Below, in pieces: positions 40,661 through 48,601 of a stretch of 48,601 nt of DNA. Source of the DNA: Nitrospirota bacterium. GTDB lineage: Bacteria; Nitrospinota; Nitrospinia; Nitrospinales; VA-1. Made by a program: the position numbers and the translations under genes. The stretch spans positions 1 to 48,601 of the forward strand of contig QJZQ01000143.1 in NCBI GenBank assembly GCA_003246675.1. The letters run 5' to 3'. Within the stretch, counting starts at the first letter, position 1, and each line of letters starts with the position of its first letter. The notes beneath the pieces were generated by a model, which was given only the letters and a program-made list of their open reading frames with translations, made no database searches and had not been told where the DNA came from.

Positions 40661-40802
40661 TCAGCCGCGCTTGCGCCGCAGCAGGTCCACCCTGCGGTTT
40701 TCGATGCTGCCGCGTTGATAGCGGAATCAGACCGGGGCCGGGTCAGCCGCGCTTGCGCCGCAGCAGGTCCACCATGCGGTTTTCGATGCTGCCGCGTTGA
40801 TA
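40661..40802. repeat. 60-bp direct repeat duplicating the motB 3' end
   Basis: 40661-40720 matches 40743-40802 with one mismatch (C40692/A40774); the copies are separated by 22 bp. Confidence 0.92.
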
Positions 40803-41564
40803 AACGATTTCGATACGGCGGTTGGCGGCCCGGTTGGCGGGGCTGTCGTTGGGAACCTTCGGACGGAACTGGGCGAAACCCTCGATGCTCAGGTCTTCCG
40901 GATGAAAGCCGGATTCGACGAACATGCGCGCCACCTCCGCCGCGCGCGAGGCGGAAAGCTCCCAGTTGGAGGGAAAGCGTTCGCTATGGATGGGAGAGTC
41001 GTCGGTGTGGCCTTCGACTTTGACCTTGTAGCGGAATTGATTGAGCAGACGGAAGGTCTGCTGGATGATCTCCACGCCCTGCGGGGTCATCCTGGCCTGG
41101 CCGGGGGAAAACAGCACGACGTCGGCGATGGTGATGACGGCGCCGCGCTCGTCGGAACTCACCTGCACCTGGCCCGCGAGTTCGTTCTTGAACACGAACT
41201 CCTCCACTTCGGAGATGATCTGTTCGACCTCCTTGGCCACCATGGCGCCGACTTCATCGACGGCGAGCACGGCGCTTTCATCGAGCTCGGATTTGAGTAC
41301 CTCCAGCCCTTCCCGCACCCCGGCTTCGGGAATGGTTTCGACGCCCAGGGCGTGGCGCAGCGATTCCTTGATCTGCCGCCATTTTTTCTCCTCGATGGTG
41401 CCCATGGCAAACAGCAGGATGAAGAAGACCATGAGCAGGGTGACGAGGTCGGCGAAGGTCATCACCCAGGCGGGCGCGCCCTCGTCTCCTCCTTCCTCAT
41501 CCTCGTCGTCATCGAAATCGTCTTCCGGAGGCGGGCTTTTCTTTTTGTCTGCGCCTTCGCTCAC
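40743..41564 (-). CDS. motB: Flagellar stator B subunit (MotB/PomB/MotS family)
   Basis: WVMTFADLVTLLMVFFILLFAM TM segment; OmpA-like domain EGHTDD, SNWELSASRA, NRRIEI. Confidence 0.95.
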   Translation of the reverse strand: MSEGADKKKSPPPEDDFDDDEDEEGGDEGAPAWVMTFADLVTLLMVFFILLFAMGTIEEKKWRQIKESLRHALGVETIPEAGVREGLEVLKSELDESAVLAVDEVGAMVAKEVEQIISEVEEFVFKNELAGQVQVSSDERGAVITIADVVLFSPGQARMTPQGVEIIQQTFRLLNQFRYKVKVEGHTDDSPIHSERFPSNWELSASRAAEVARMFVESGFHPEDLSIEGFAQFRPKVPNDSPANRAANRRIEIVYQRGSIENRMVDLLRRKRG

Positions 41565-42371
41565 TTACTTTTTCTCGCTCGCGGATTTTTGATCGGCGCT
41601 ATCGGCATCCTTCCTGTCCTTCTTGCCGTGATAGGAGTCCAGGTAATTTTCCAGCACCGACTTCATGAAACGCGGGTTGACGCCTTTACGGATGTAGGAG
41701 ATGCCTTCCAGCACCAGGTTCATCTCCAGAGTTTCGGTGGCGCTCCTGCGCTTGAGTTTGACGGTCATGGGAATGAAGATCAGGTTGGCCACCACCGCGC
41801 CGTAAAAGGTGGTGATGAGGGCAATGGCCATCTTGGGGCCGACGCTGTTGACGTCCGACAAGTCGGCCAGCATCTGGATGAGGCCGATGAGGGTGCCGAT
41901 CATGCCAAATGCGGGGGCGAAGGCGCCCATTTCCTTGAAGATCTCCCAGCCGTCCTTGTGCGATTTTTTGATCTGCTGAATTTCACGCCGCAGCAGGGCG
42001 TTGACGGTGGCTTCGTCCTTGCCGTCGACGGTCATCTCCAGGCCCTTCTTGAGAAACTCGTTTTCGATCTCGCCCAGCTTGGATTCGATGGCGAGCACCC
42101 CGCCCTTACGCGCCACGTCGCTGATTTCCACCATGGTGTCGATGAGCTGGTAATGATCGGATTTTCTTTCAAGGAAGACGCGCAGGAACAGCTTGAGCAC
42201 CTTCATCAGTTCGCCGAAGGGAAAAGCCACCAGGGTGGCGGCGAGGGTGCCGCCGAGCACGATCATCGCCGAGGGGGCGTTCCAGAACAGTGTGAGACCG
42301 CTGTTCATCAGGATGGATGACAAGACGAGGCCAACGCCCGCGACAATGCCTGCTATGGTTGCAAAATCCAT
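41565..42371 (-). CDS. motA: Flagellar stator A subunit (MotA/PomA/MotP family)
   Basis: MDFATIAG, IVLGGT, RKGGVLAIE, APAFGMIGTLIGLI, ALITTFYG. Confidence 0.95.
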   Translation of the reverse strand: MDFATIAGIVAGVGLVLSSILMNSGLTLFWNAPSAMIVLGGTLAATLVAFPFGELMKVLKLFLRVFLERKSDHYQLIDTMVEISDVARKGGVLAIESKLGEIENEFLKKGLEMTVDGKDEATVNALLRREIQQIKKSHKDGWEIFKEMGAFAPAFGMIGTLIGLIQMLADLSDVNSVGPKMAIALITTFYGAVVANLIFIPMTVKLKRRSATETLEMNLVLEGISYIRKGVNPRFMKSVLENYLDSYHGKKDRKDADSADQKSASEKK

Positions 42372-42374
42372 GGT

Positions 42375-43730
42375 TTAGGACGGGTGGCAGATTTTGATCG
42401 GCCCCTTGATGGGGTCCATCGCGTGAAATTTAAGCACCTTGCTGACAATTTCAGAGTCGAGAACGGTGCCGCTTCTCAGAATGTTGATTCCCGATTCGGA
42501 GTACAGGTCCGACACCAGCTCCATGCCTTCGGTAAGGGCGAACACCGAGCACTCCATCTCGGCTTTACCGCCGCTTGGGCGCTGCTGGGTCTCGACGCAA
42601 TGCCTGAGCACGGCGAGCACCTGTTCGTCGAACAGCTTGCCGCCCTGGTCGAGCATGCGGGCAAGGAGAGTGGCGACGCTCTGCCCGGGCTGGGCCACAC
42701 GGGAGTGGTCGAAATAACTCACCGCGGAAATAATGCGCGAGCCCACGGGAATCTGTTCTCCGTACAAGCCGTCGGGAGTGCCGGAGCCATCGACGTTCTC
42801 GTGCAGGTGACGCAGGATGTCGGCCACCAGCTCGAAACCGGGAAACCCCTTGAGCAGCATCTCCCCCACCAGGGGGTGGGTGTTGTACTTCCTGTTCTTT
42901 CGCTCGTCCATCGCTTCCTGGCGCCTCTCCTCGGTGGGCAGGGCGATGATGCCGAGTTCGTGCAGCCGGGCGGCGGTGCGGATGTTGCGGACCTGATAAT
43001 TCCTCAACTCCATCTTCTCGGCGATGGCCACCGACAATTCGGCCACCCGTTCGGAGTGGCCCCGGTGGCTGGCCTGATGCAGTTCGATGATGCTGGCCAG
43101 CAGCGTCTCGGTGGAATCGAAGCGGCCGCTCAGCTCCTCGATCATCGAGGAAATCTGAGCGTTCTTGTCCTCAAGTTGCCGGTTGAGTTCCTGCATGTCC
43201 TTCAGGTTGTCGGCCAGACGCTGCTTGTCGGCACGGAGTTCGCTATTGAGCCCGGCAAGGTTCTTGTGAAAATTATTGAGCTGCCCGAGCGAGGTTTCGA
43301 GCTGCCGGTTTTTCTCGTACAGGGCGTGGCTGAGCTCGGACACCTTGAACACCGACCGAAGAGCATAGCCGACCTCGCCGGGCTTGAGGGGTTTGGCAAG
43401 GTAGGCATCGGCCCCGGCGCGCCGGGCCCGAGCGGCGGCATCCGCGCCGGCCTGGTAACCGGAAGTCAGGATCATCGCGGCGCGGGGCTGCAACTTGCGG
43501 ACGCGCCGGCACACCTCGAAACCGTCGGTGCCGGAAAGTTCGATGGCGCAAAACACCACGTCCCAGCGCTCGCTGCGCACTTTTTCCAGCCCGCCGTCGG
43601 CATCGGCAACAGGGTGCACCCGCGCTTCGCCTTCCCCCAGTTCGGCCGCGAGGGCCGCTTGAACCACTTGCGCGGTCCCCGCATCCGGGTCGATCAAGAG
43701 AATGTTCTTTTCTTTTCCCGTCAGGCTCAA
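42375..43730 (-). CDS. REC + coiled-coil + HD-GYP-like protein (both domains degenerate)
   Basis: Receiver-like NILLIDPD...GADAYLAKP; HD-GYP-like GHSERVA, LHELG, HENVDGSGTPDGL..EQIP..SRII. TTG start at 43730 after GGGAG is inferred. Confidence 0.85.
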   Translation of the reverse strand: MSLTGKEKNILLIDPDAGTAQVVQAALAAELGEGEARVHPVADADGGLEKVRSERWDVVFCAIELSGTDGFEVCRRVRKLQPRAAMILTSGYQAGADAAARARRAGADAYLAKPLKPGEVGYALRSVFKVSELSHALYEKNRQLETSLGQLNNFHKNLAGLNSELRADKQRLADNLKDMQELNRQLEDKNAQISSMIEELSGRFDSTETLLASIIELHQASHRGHSERVAELSVAIAEKMELRNYQVRNIRTAARLHELGIIALPTEERRQEAMDERKNRKYNTHPLVGEMLLKGFPGFELVADILRHLHENVDGSGTPDGLYGEQIPVGSRIISAVSYFDHSRVAQPGQSVATLLARMLDQGGKLFDEQVLAVLRHCVETQQRPSGGKAEMECSVFALTEGMELVSDLYSESGINILRSGTVLDSEIVSKVLKFHAMDPIKGPIKICHPS

Positions 43731-43816
43731 GGCCCTACTCCCTTTCGGTAACCCGATAAAGCCCGGAGAAGCGCCGCCCCGCGAAGGGCCGCACCCAGGC
43801 TCGCCAATAAACTTAA

Positions 43817-43843
43817 GTATCGGCAAAACCACCGGAAAATCGA
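43817..43843 (-). promoter_or_regulatory. Putative sigma28 promoter of the REC/HD-GYP-motAB operon
   Basis: Minus strand TCGA-N15-GCCGATAC; strong -10, weaker -35. Confidence 0.5.
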
Positions 43844-44029
43844 CCGCTCCGGCAAAAAAAGGGCCGGGCGGGCATTCTATAAGCGTTTGATCTTAGGATA
43901 AAAAGGCAGGCAAATCAAGCTTCAGAAAGACTTTTACAGAAGCGGCATGGCTCTCTTTCGAGCACTCTCTCGCGCAAGGCTTCAGGGTGGACATGCCCGA
44001 TTGAAACCCATTTCGGCAAGGGGATAAGG

Positions 44030-46405
44030 CTAGTCCTCGTCGTCCTCCATGTCGTCCTCGATTTCGGTGAAGCGCGGGCCGGCGACGCAGCGAAAGCCGA
44101 CGTTCAGGCACCGTTCATCGGGGTCGAAGGTGTTGCGGTAAAAGCATTTGGAATGCACCAGGTAATTGAGCCAGGAGCCACCGCGCACCACGCGCCCGGT
44201 GGTGTGCTTCGCCGCGTGCGGCTGAATGCACCACTCCCAGACGTTGCCCGCCATGTCGAAGCAGCCGTAGGGGGAGATGCCCTGCTCGAAATCCAGCACC
44301 GCGGTGGTCTGGCCGATCATGAAGTCGCAGGTATTGGCGAAGCCGTTCTGATAGCCCATCGCCTCGCCCCAGGGGTAGTCGCGCCCATCGGTACCGCGGG
44401 CCGCCTTCTCCCATTCCTTCTCCACCGGCAGGCGCTTGCCGAACCACAGGGAGAACACCACGGCTTCGTAATAATTGATCCCGGTCACGGGTTGATCCGC
44501 GCGGCTGGAATATTTGGGGAACAGGGGTTTGTGGTTGGGGTCGAACTCGCGGTACAGGGCGTTGGTCACGGGAAATTTCATGATGGCGTATTCCATCAGG
44601 TTGATCTGGTCGTCCTCGTGCTTTTCATCCTGATAGATGAATTTGCCCGCCGAGATGGTGACCATTTCGCCGTAGCGTTTGATGACCGGCAGGTTCACCT
44701 GGGCGGCATCGCTGGATTCGGCGAAAAATCCGGCAAGCTCCGGGAGTTTCCGCAAGGGCTCGAAATCGAGCCGGTCGACCAGGTCGTGAAGGTTCAGGCC
44801 GTGCATCGCGCACAGGAGTTCGAGCACGGCGAACAGCACCCGGCTGTCGCGCTTCTCGCGCACCAGCCAGGGGCGTATGCGGGCCCGGAGCGCCTCTTTG
44901 CCGCCGATTGCGGCAAGCACGTCCTCGATCCGTACCTTGCGGAACGGGGCGAAGGCGGGCTCGCTTTCCCGGCACTGGTACTTGAGCAGATGCTTGACGA
45001 GCAGCCGCACCTTCTCGGATAGACCCTCGGCCTCGGTGAGCGCCCGGCCGCAGAGAAACAACGCCCCTTCTTCGAGGAGGATTTCGTACAGCTCCTCCAC
45101 CGGCACCATGCCCGCGAGAAAGATCAGGGTCTCCTGCCATTTTTCGTCGCGGCAATGGGCGCGGACGATGTCCCGCCAGGCGGAATCTTCGGCCAGGCGG
45201 CGCGCCGCAAGGTACTCCTGAAATGCGGGGTGCCGGTACTGCCACCGCCGCGCGGTCTCCTGAAGCACCGCCCCCTTCGGCAGGCCGGCCGCTTTCTGAA
45301 GAAACGGCTCCTTGCCGTCTTCCTTGTCAAAGCCCGTCTCAAGGGTGTCGAAACGCGCCGAACGGCCCGCGGTGAGCTGCTCCAGGGACACTTCCATCAG
45401 GCGCTTGAGCGCCGCCGTCTCGCCGCCCTCCTGACACAGGCCGTCGAAAAAGGCGCGGTAGAGCCCGCCCTTGCCCAGAAAATCCTCCAGCCCATGGGCC
45501 TCGTGAATCCGGCGGATCATGTTGAGCAGAATCGGCGTGTTGAACAGTTCGGGGTAACAGCGGCCCAGCGCGGCCAGAGGCCGGTGAGCGGCGGCGTCTC
45601 CCAGATAAGCCTTTTGCTGTTTTTCGTCCAGGGGAGCGAACGACACCTGAAAGCCCGCGTCCTCGCCCCGGCGGACCAGTGAATCGGTGGCCAGGGGGCC
45701 GAAGTCGAAATGGCGGCTGGCCAGAAAAATGAAATTGGAGAGGAAGGCATTGTCGTTGATGAAAACCTCGCAATAGGTCTGGAAACGATCCTTGAGCTCC
45801 ATTTCATCGAGGCCGTCGAGCAGGAAAAGAATCCGGCTGGAGCGAAACAGCGATTCGATGGTGCGCCGGAGAACCGCCTCGTCGAGCTCCAGGCCGCCGA
45901 GCGCTTCCCGCTCCTCGAGCACCGTGGCGAGAATCTCCTTGAATACGGAATCGAAGAAATGGGCGAAACCGCTTCCCTCTTCCAGGGCCGACAGATTAAA
46001 ATAGACCGGAAGCGGGTAGACGGGATGCGCAGGCCCCTGCAGCAGGACCTCCTGGTAGCGTTTGAAGTGGGTGGTCTTGCCCATGCCCGCACCCGCCTCA
46101 AGGCGCACCTTGAGCCGGGGCACTTCGAGGAGATCTTCATGAATCACCCGCGGGGTGGGGAACACCTGCTCGTGCAGGCTCTGCCGGTGCCCCGCCGGGT
46201 TCAGGTCGAGCAGATCGCGCCTGAGGCAGGTTTTGCTGCGCGGGCCCGGTCCGAGGATTTCATCGAGATCGGCGCTCACCTTTTTCAACTGGTGCTTGCG
46301 AAAGCAGGCGATGACCCACTCGCGGGATTCCTCCAGAGTCGGCTGGACGGCGGGCGATGAGCTGCCCCCGCGCCGCCTGAGAGATAAATCTTTTTCTTCG
46401 CTCAT
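44030..46405 (-). CDS. NACHT-type STAND NTPase with C-terminal FGE-sulfatase (SUMF1-like) domain
   Basis: Walker A AGAGMGKT, Walker B LFLLDGLDE, TPILL, YRHPAFQEYLAA; C-terminal FPVTNALY, RLPVEKEWEKAARG, YPWG, DMAGNVWEW, RGGSW, GFRC. Confidence 0.88.
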   Translation of the reverse strand: MSEEKDLSLRRRGGSSSPAVQPTLEESREWVIACFRKHQLKKVSADLDEILGPGPRSKTCLRRDLLDLNPAGHRQSLHEQVFPTPRVIHEDLLEVPRLKVRLEAGAGMGKTTHFKRYQEVLLQGPAHPVYPLPVYFNLSALEEGSGFAHFFDSVFKEILATVLEEREALGGLELDEAVLRRTIESLFRSSRILFLLDGLDEMELKDRFQTYCEVFINDNAFLSNFIFLASRHFDFGPLATDSLVRRGEDAGFQVSFAPLDEKQQKAYLGDAAAHRPLAALGRCYPELFNTPILLNMIRRIHEAHGLEDFLGKGGLYRAFFDGLCQEGGETAALKRLMEVSLEQLTAGRSARFDTLETGFDKEDGKEPFLQKAAGLPKGAVLQETARRWQYRHPAFQEYLAARRLAEDSAWRDIVRAHCRDEKWQETLIFLAGMVPVEELYEILLEEGALFLCGRALTEAEGLSEKVRLLVKHLLKYQCRESEPAFAPFRKVRIEDVLAAIGGKEALRARIRPWLVREKRDSRVLFAVLELLCAMHGLNLHDLVDRLDFEPLRKLPELAGFFAESSDAAQVNLPVIKRYGEMVTISAGKFIYQDEKHEDDQINLMEYAIMKFPVTNALYREFDPNHKPLFPKYSSRADQPVTGINYYEAVVFSLWFGKRLPVEKEWEKAARGTDGRDYPWGEAMGYQNGFANTCDFMIGQTTAVLDFEQGISPYGCFDMAGNVWEWCIQPHAAKHTTGRVVRGGSWLNYLVHSKCFYRNTFDPDERCLNVGFRCVAGPRFTEIEDDMEDDED

Positions 46406-46547
46406 CGCATCTAAACCTTCGAAAGTATTGAGAATTTCAAAAACGGGCCTGCCGCGAAAATAATCCGGTCAGGCGGGGTTCCGGGCAACCTCCCGGCCCC
46501 GACGCGTTTCAATAGTATCATATCCATCTTCCCGAACCGGGGCATTC

Positions 46548-47192
46548 ATGATTCCCTTAAGCGACGAAAACCCGACACGCAGTTTCCCCATCGTGACTCT
46601 GCTGCTCATCGCCGCCAACGTGGCGGTGTTCGCGTTGAGCCTGGGGCAGATGCACGACCCGGACGCGTTCTTCGCCGCCTACGGGTTGATTCCGGCGCAA
46701 CTCGCCGAGCAGCCGGTGGCCCAGTACCCGCACATTTTCACGGCCATGTTCATGCATGCCGGGTTCATGCACCTGGCGGGGAACATGCTCTACCTGTGGA
46801 TCTTCGGCAATAATATCGAAGATGCGCTGGGCAAGTTGGGCTTTCTGCTCTTCTACCTGGTGTGCGGCGTGCTCGCCGCGTTCGGCCACATTCTGACCGA
46901 CATCCATTCCCCGGTGCCGATGGTGGGGGCGAGCGGAGCGATCGCGGGCGTGCTCGGCGCCTACATGGTGCTGTTCCCGGCGGCGCGGGTCAAGACGCTC
47001 ATCTTCCTCGGTTTCTTCATGACGGTGGCGCGCATTCCGGCGTGGTTCCTGCTCGGGCTGTGGATCCTGCTGCAAGTGGGCAGTAGTTTTTCGATGCCTT
47101 CAGACGGCGGCGGCGTGGCCTGGTTCGCGCATATCGGCGGCTTTTTCGTCGGCGCGCTCCTCATCCACCCCTTCCGAAAAATCGCCCGCTGA
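46548..47192 (+). CDS. Rhomboid intramembrane serine protease
   Basis: MFMHAGFMHLAGNMLYL, GASGA, AWFAHIGG. Confidence 0.95.
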   Translation: MIPLSDENPTRSFPIVTLLLIAANVAVFALSLGQMHDPDAFFAAYGLIPAQLAEQPVAQYPHIFTAMFMHAGFMHLAGNMLYLWIFGNNIEDALGKLGFLLFYLVCGVLAAFGHILTDIHSPVPMVGASGAIAGVLGAYMVLFPAARVKTLIFLGFFMTVARIPAWFLLGLWILLQVGSSFSMPSDGGGVAWFAHIGGFFVGALLIHPFRKIAR

Positions 47193-47201
47193 CCGGCGGC
47201 T

Positions 47202-48467
47202 TTAGTCCGCCGCGCCTTGCAGCCGCAGACGCAGCAGGTTGAGCGCCGCCTGAGCGGCCCGTTCCTTGTTCCTCGCCCGGTCCTGCTGAAACAGAAATTT
47301 CTCGCAAACGATGCCCGCCGGGTCGGCCAGGCCGATGAAGGTGAGCCCGACGGGCTTTTCGGCGCTGCCGCCGCCGGGCCCGGCGATGCCGGTGACGGAC
47401 AAGCCGACATCCGCACCCGCCGTCTGGCGGATGCCCTCGGCCATGGCGCGGGCCACCTGCTCGCTCACCGCGCCGTACCGCGCAAGCAGTTCACCAGGCA
47501 CCCCGAGGCGGGCCGCCTTGGCCGCGTTGGAGTAAGTGACCGCGCCTTCCAGAAAATAATCCGAGCTCCCCGAGACGCCGGTGAGGCGATGGCCGATCAA
47601 CCCGCCGGTGCACGATTCGGCCACGGCCAGGGTGAGCCCGCGCGCCAGCAGCAGACGGCCGACGACCTGCTCCATCGTCTCTTCGTCTTTGGCGAAAATG
47701 CAGTCTCCCGCGCGCTCACGAAACCACGCTTCGGCCGCGTCGAGCTTTTCCTTCACCTCGGCGTCGGACTCCCCCACCGCCGAGAGGCGAATGCGGACCC
47801 CGAGGTGCGAAGGCAGCGAGGCGACGCTCACCCGGCCGGTCAGGGCGTCGGGCGGCCCCACCCGCTCCCACAACCCCGCTTCCGGCACGCCGGTGGTGTG
47901 GAGAATGCGATGCTTCACCCGGTGGCCGGAGAGCGGCGCGATCAGGGGCACGAGGTATTTCTCGAACAGGTGTTCCATTTCCAGGGGCACCCCGGGCAGC
48001 GCGGCGACTCTCTTGCCGCCCCATTCGAACAACAGGCCGGGGGCGGTGCCCTTCTCGTTATGCAGGACCGTGGCCTTTTCCGGCACCTCGCACTGGCCGA
48101 GAACCGTTTCGGGCACCGGCCGGCCGCGGCGGGCGTAAAATCGTTCGAGCCCGGCGGCCACGGCCTCGTCGTGGCGAAATCCGGACTTGAAATAATCGGC
48201 GAGGACCGGCTTGGTGATATCGTCGTGGGTGGTCCCCAGGCCTCCGGTGATGAGCACCCAGTCCACCCGCTTAAGGGCCTCGTCCAGCGCCTGGGAAATC
48301 GCCCGGGCGTCGTCGCCGACCACGGTCGCCCGCCGCACCGCCACCCCCAGGCTGATGAGCCGCCGCCCGAGGAAACGGGAGTTGCCGTCCTGAATGAGGC
48401 CGGTCAGCACTTCATTGCCGATGGAGATGATTTCCGCATTGGGCATGCCGGGGTCATGAAGGAACAC
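47202..48467 (-). CDS. cinA: Competence/damage-inducible protein CinA (NMN deamidase fusion)
   Basis: IGNEVLTG, GGLGTTHDDIT, GTAPG, LPGVP, AESCTGG, GAVS, TGIAGPGG. Start is either GTG 48467 or ATG 48446. Confidence 0.93.
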   Translation of the reverse strand: MFLHDPGMPNAEIISIGNEVLTGLIQDGNSRFLGRRLISLGVAVRRATVVGDDARAISQALDEALKRVDWVLITGGLGTTHDDITKPVLADYFKSGFRHDEAVAAGLERFYARRGRPVPETVLGQCEVPEKATVLHNEKGTAPGLLFEWGGKRVAALPGVPLEMEHLFEKYLVPLIAPLSGHRVKHRILHTTGVPEAGLWERVGPPDALTGRVSVASLPSHLGVRIRLSAVGESDAEVKEKLDAAEAWFRERAGDCIFAKDEETMEQVVGRLLLARGLTLAVAESCTGGLIGHRLTGVSGSSDYFLEGAVTYSNAAKAARLGVPGELLARYGAVSEQVARAMAEGIRQTAGADVGLSVTGIAGPGGGSAEKPVGLTFIGLADPAGIVCEKFLFQQDRARNKERAAQAALNLLRLRLQGAAD

Positions 48468-48601
48468 GATGGTTGCCTCTCGATGGGGGACTGTTCGGGC
48501 CGAATCGCCTCCCCTATTTTACCGGCTGCCGCGGGAATTTGCCATAGACGGCCCCGGGGAATTGCGATAGTCTTGAACCACGCACACGAAGCGGCGATGC
48601 A

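Noticed and set aside
40661-40802. Mini CRISPR array
   Set aside because: Only two 60-bp copies, one being motB coding sequence; no cas genes.
25575-46405. Diversity-generating retroelement targeting the DUF1566 or FGE-sulfatase C-termini
   Set aside because: Both are known DGR target folds, but I found no reverse transcriptase and no adenine-variant template repeat in the window.

Overview
A 48.6 kb GC-rich bacterial chromosomal segment made mostly of core genes. The gene content resembles a Nitrospinota/Nitrospirota-like chemolithoautotroph (inference). It includes an Aquificae/Nitrospira-type multi-subunit 2-oxoacid:ferredoxin oxidoreductase, sucCD, and a secreted chlorite dismutase-family protein. 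In order: a partial 2TM ion channel with a non-canonical filter (TTAGIAD; missed by the ORF track), a frameshifted MBL-fold gene, cld-like, a DEDD exonuclease, sigma28-driven fliD-fliS, sucCD, three small proteins (DUF1841-like and two hypotheticals), porA-B-C-epsilon, ndk, a PTPS-folE-phoH-ybeY-HIT-mutS run, a sigma54-driven double zinc-ribbon mini-protein, DUF4390 plus an NtrY-like kinase, ALDH, DUF1566, an HEXXH protein, an atypical peroxiredoxin, tag/merR/ihfA/fusA, der, an amiC-like amidase, a metallophosphoesterase, nusB and the rib operon, a Na+-type motAB stator operon led by a doubly degenerate REC/HD-GYP protein, a NACHT-FGE-sulfatase NLR-like protein, rhomboid and cinA. I found no rRNA, tRNA, CRISPR array, transposase or integrase. 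The best leads are the pseudo-REC/pseudo-HD-GYP + stator operon, the TAGIA-filter channel, the NACHT-FGS protein, the sigma54 zinc-ribbon gene and a 60-bp duplication of the motB 3' end. All calls come from reading motifs by eye; no searches were run.
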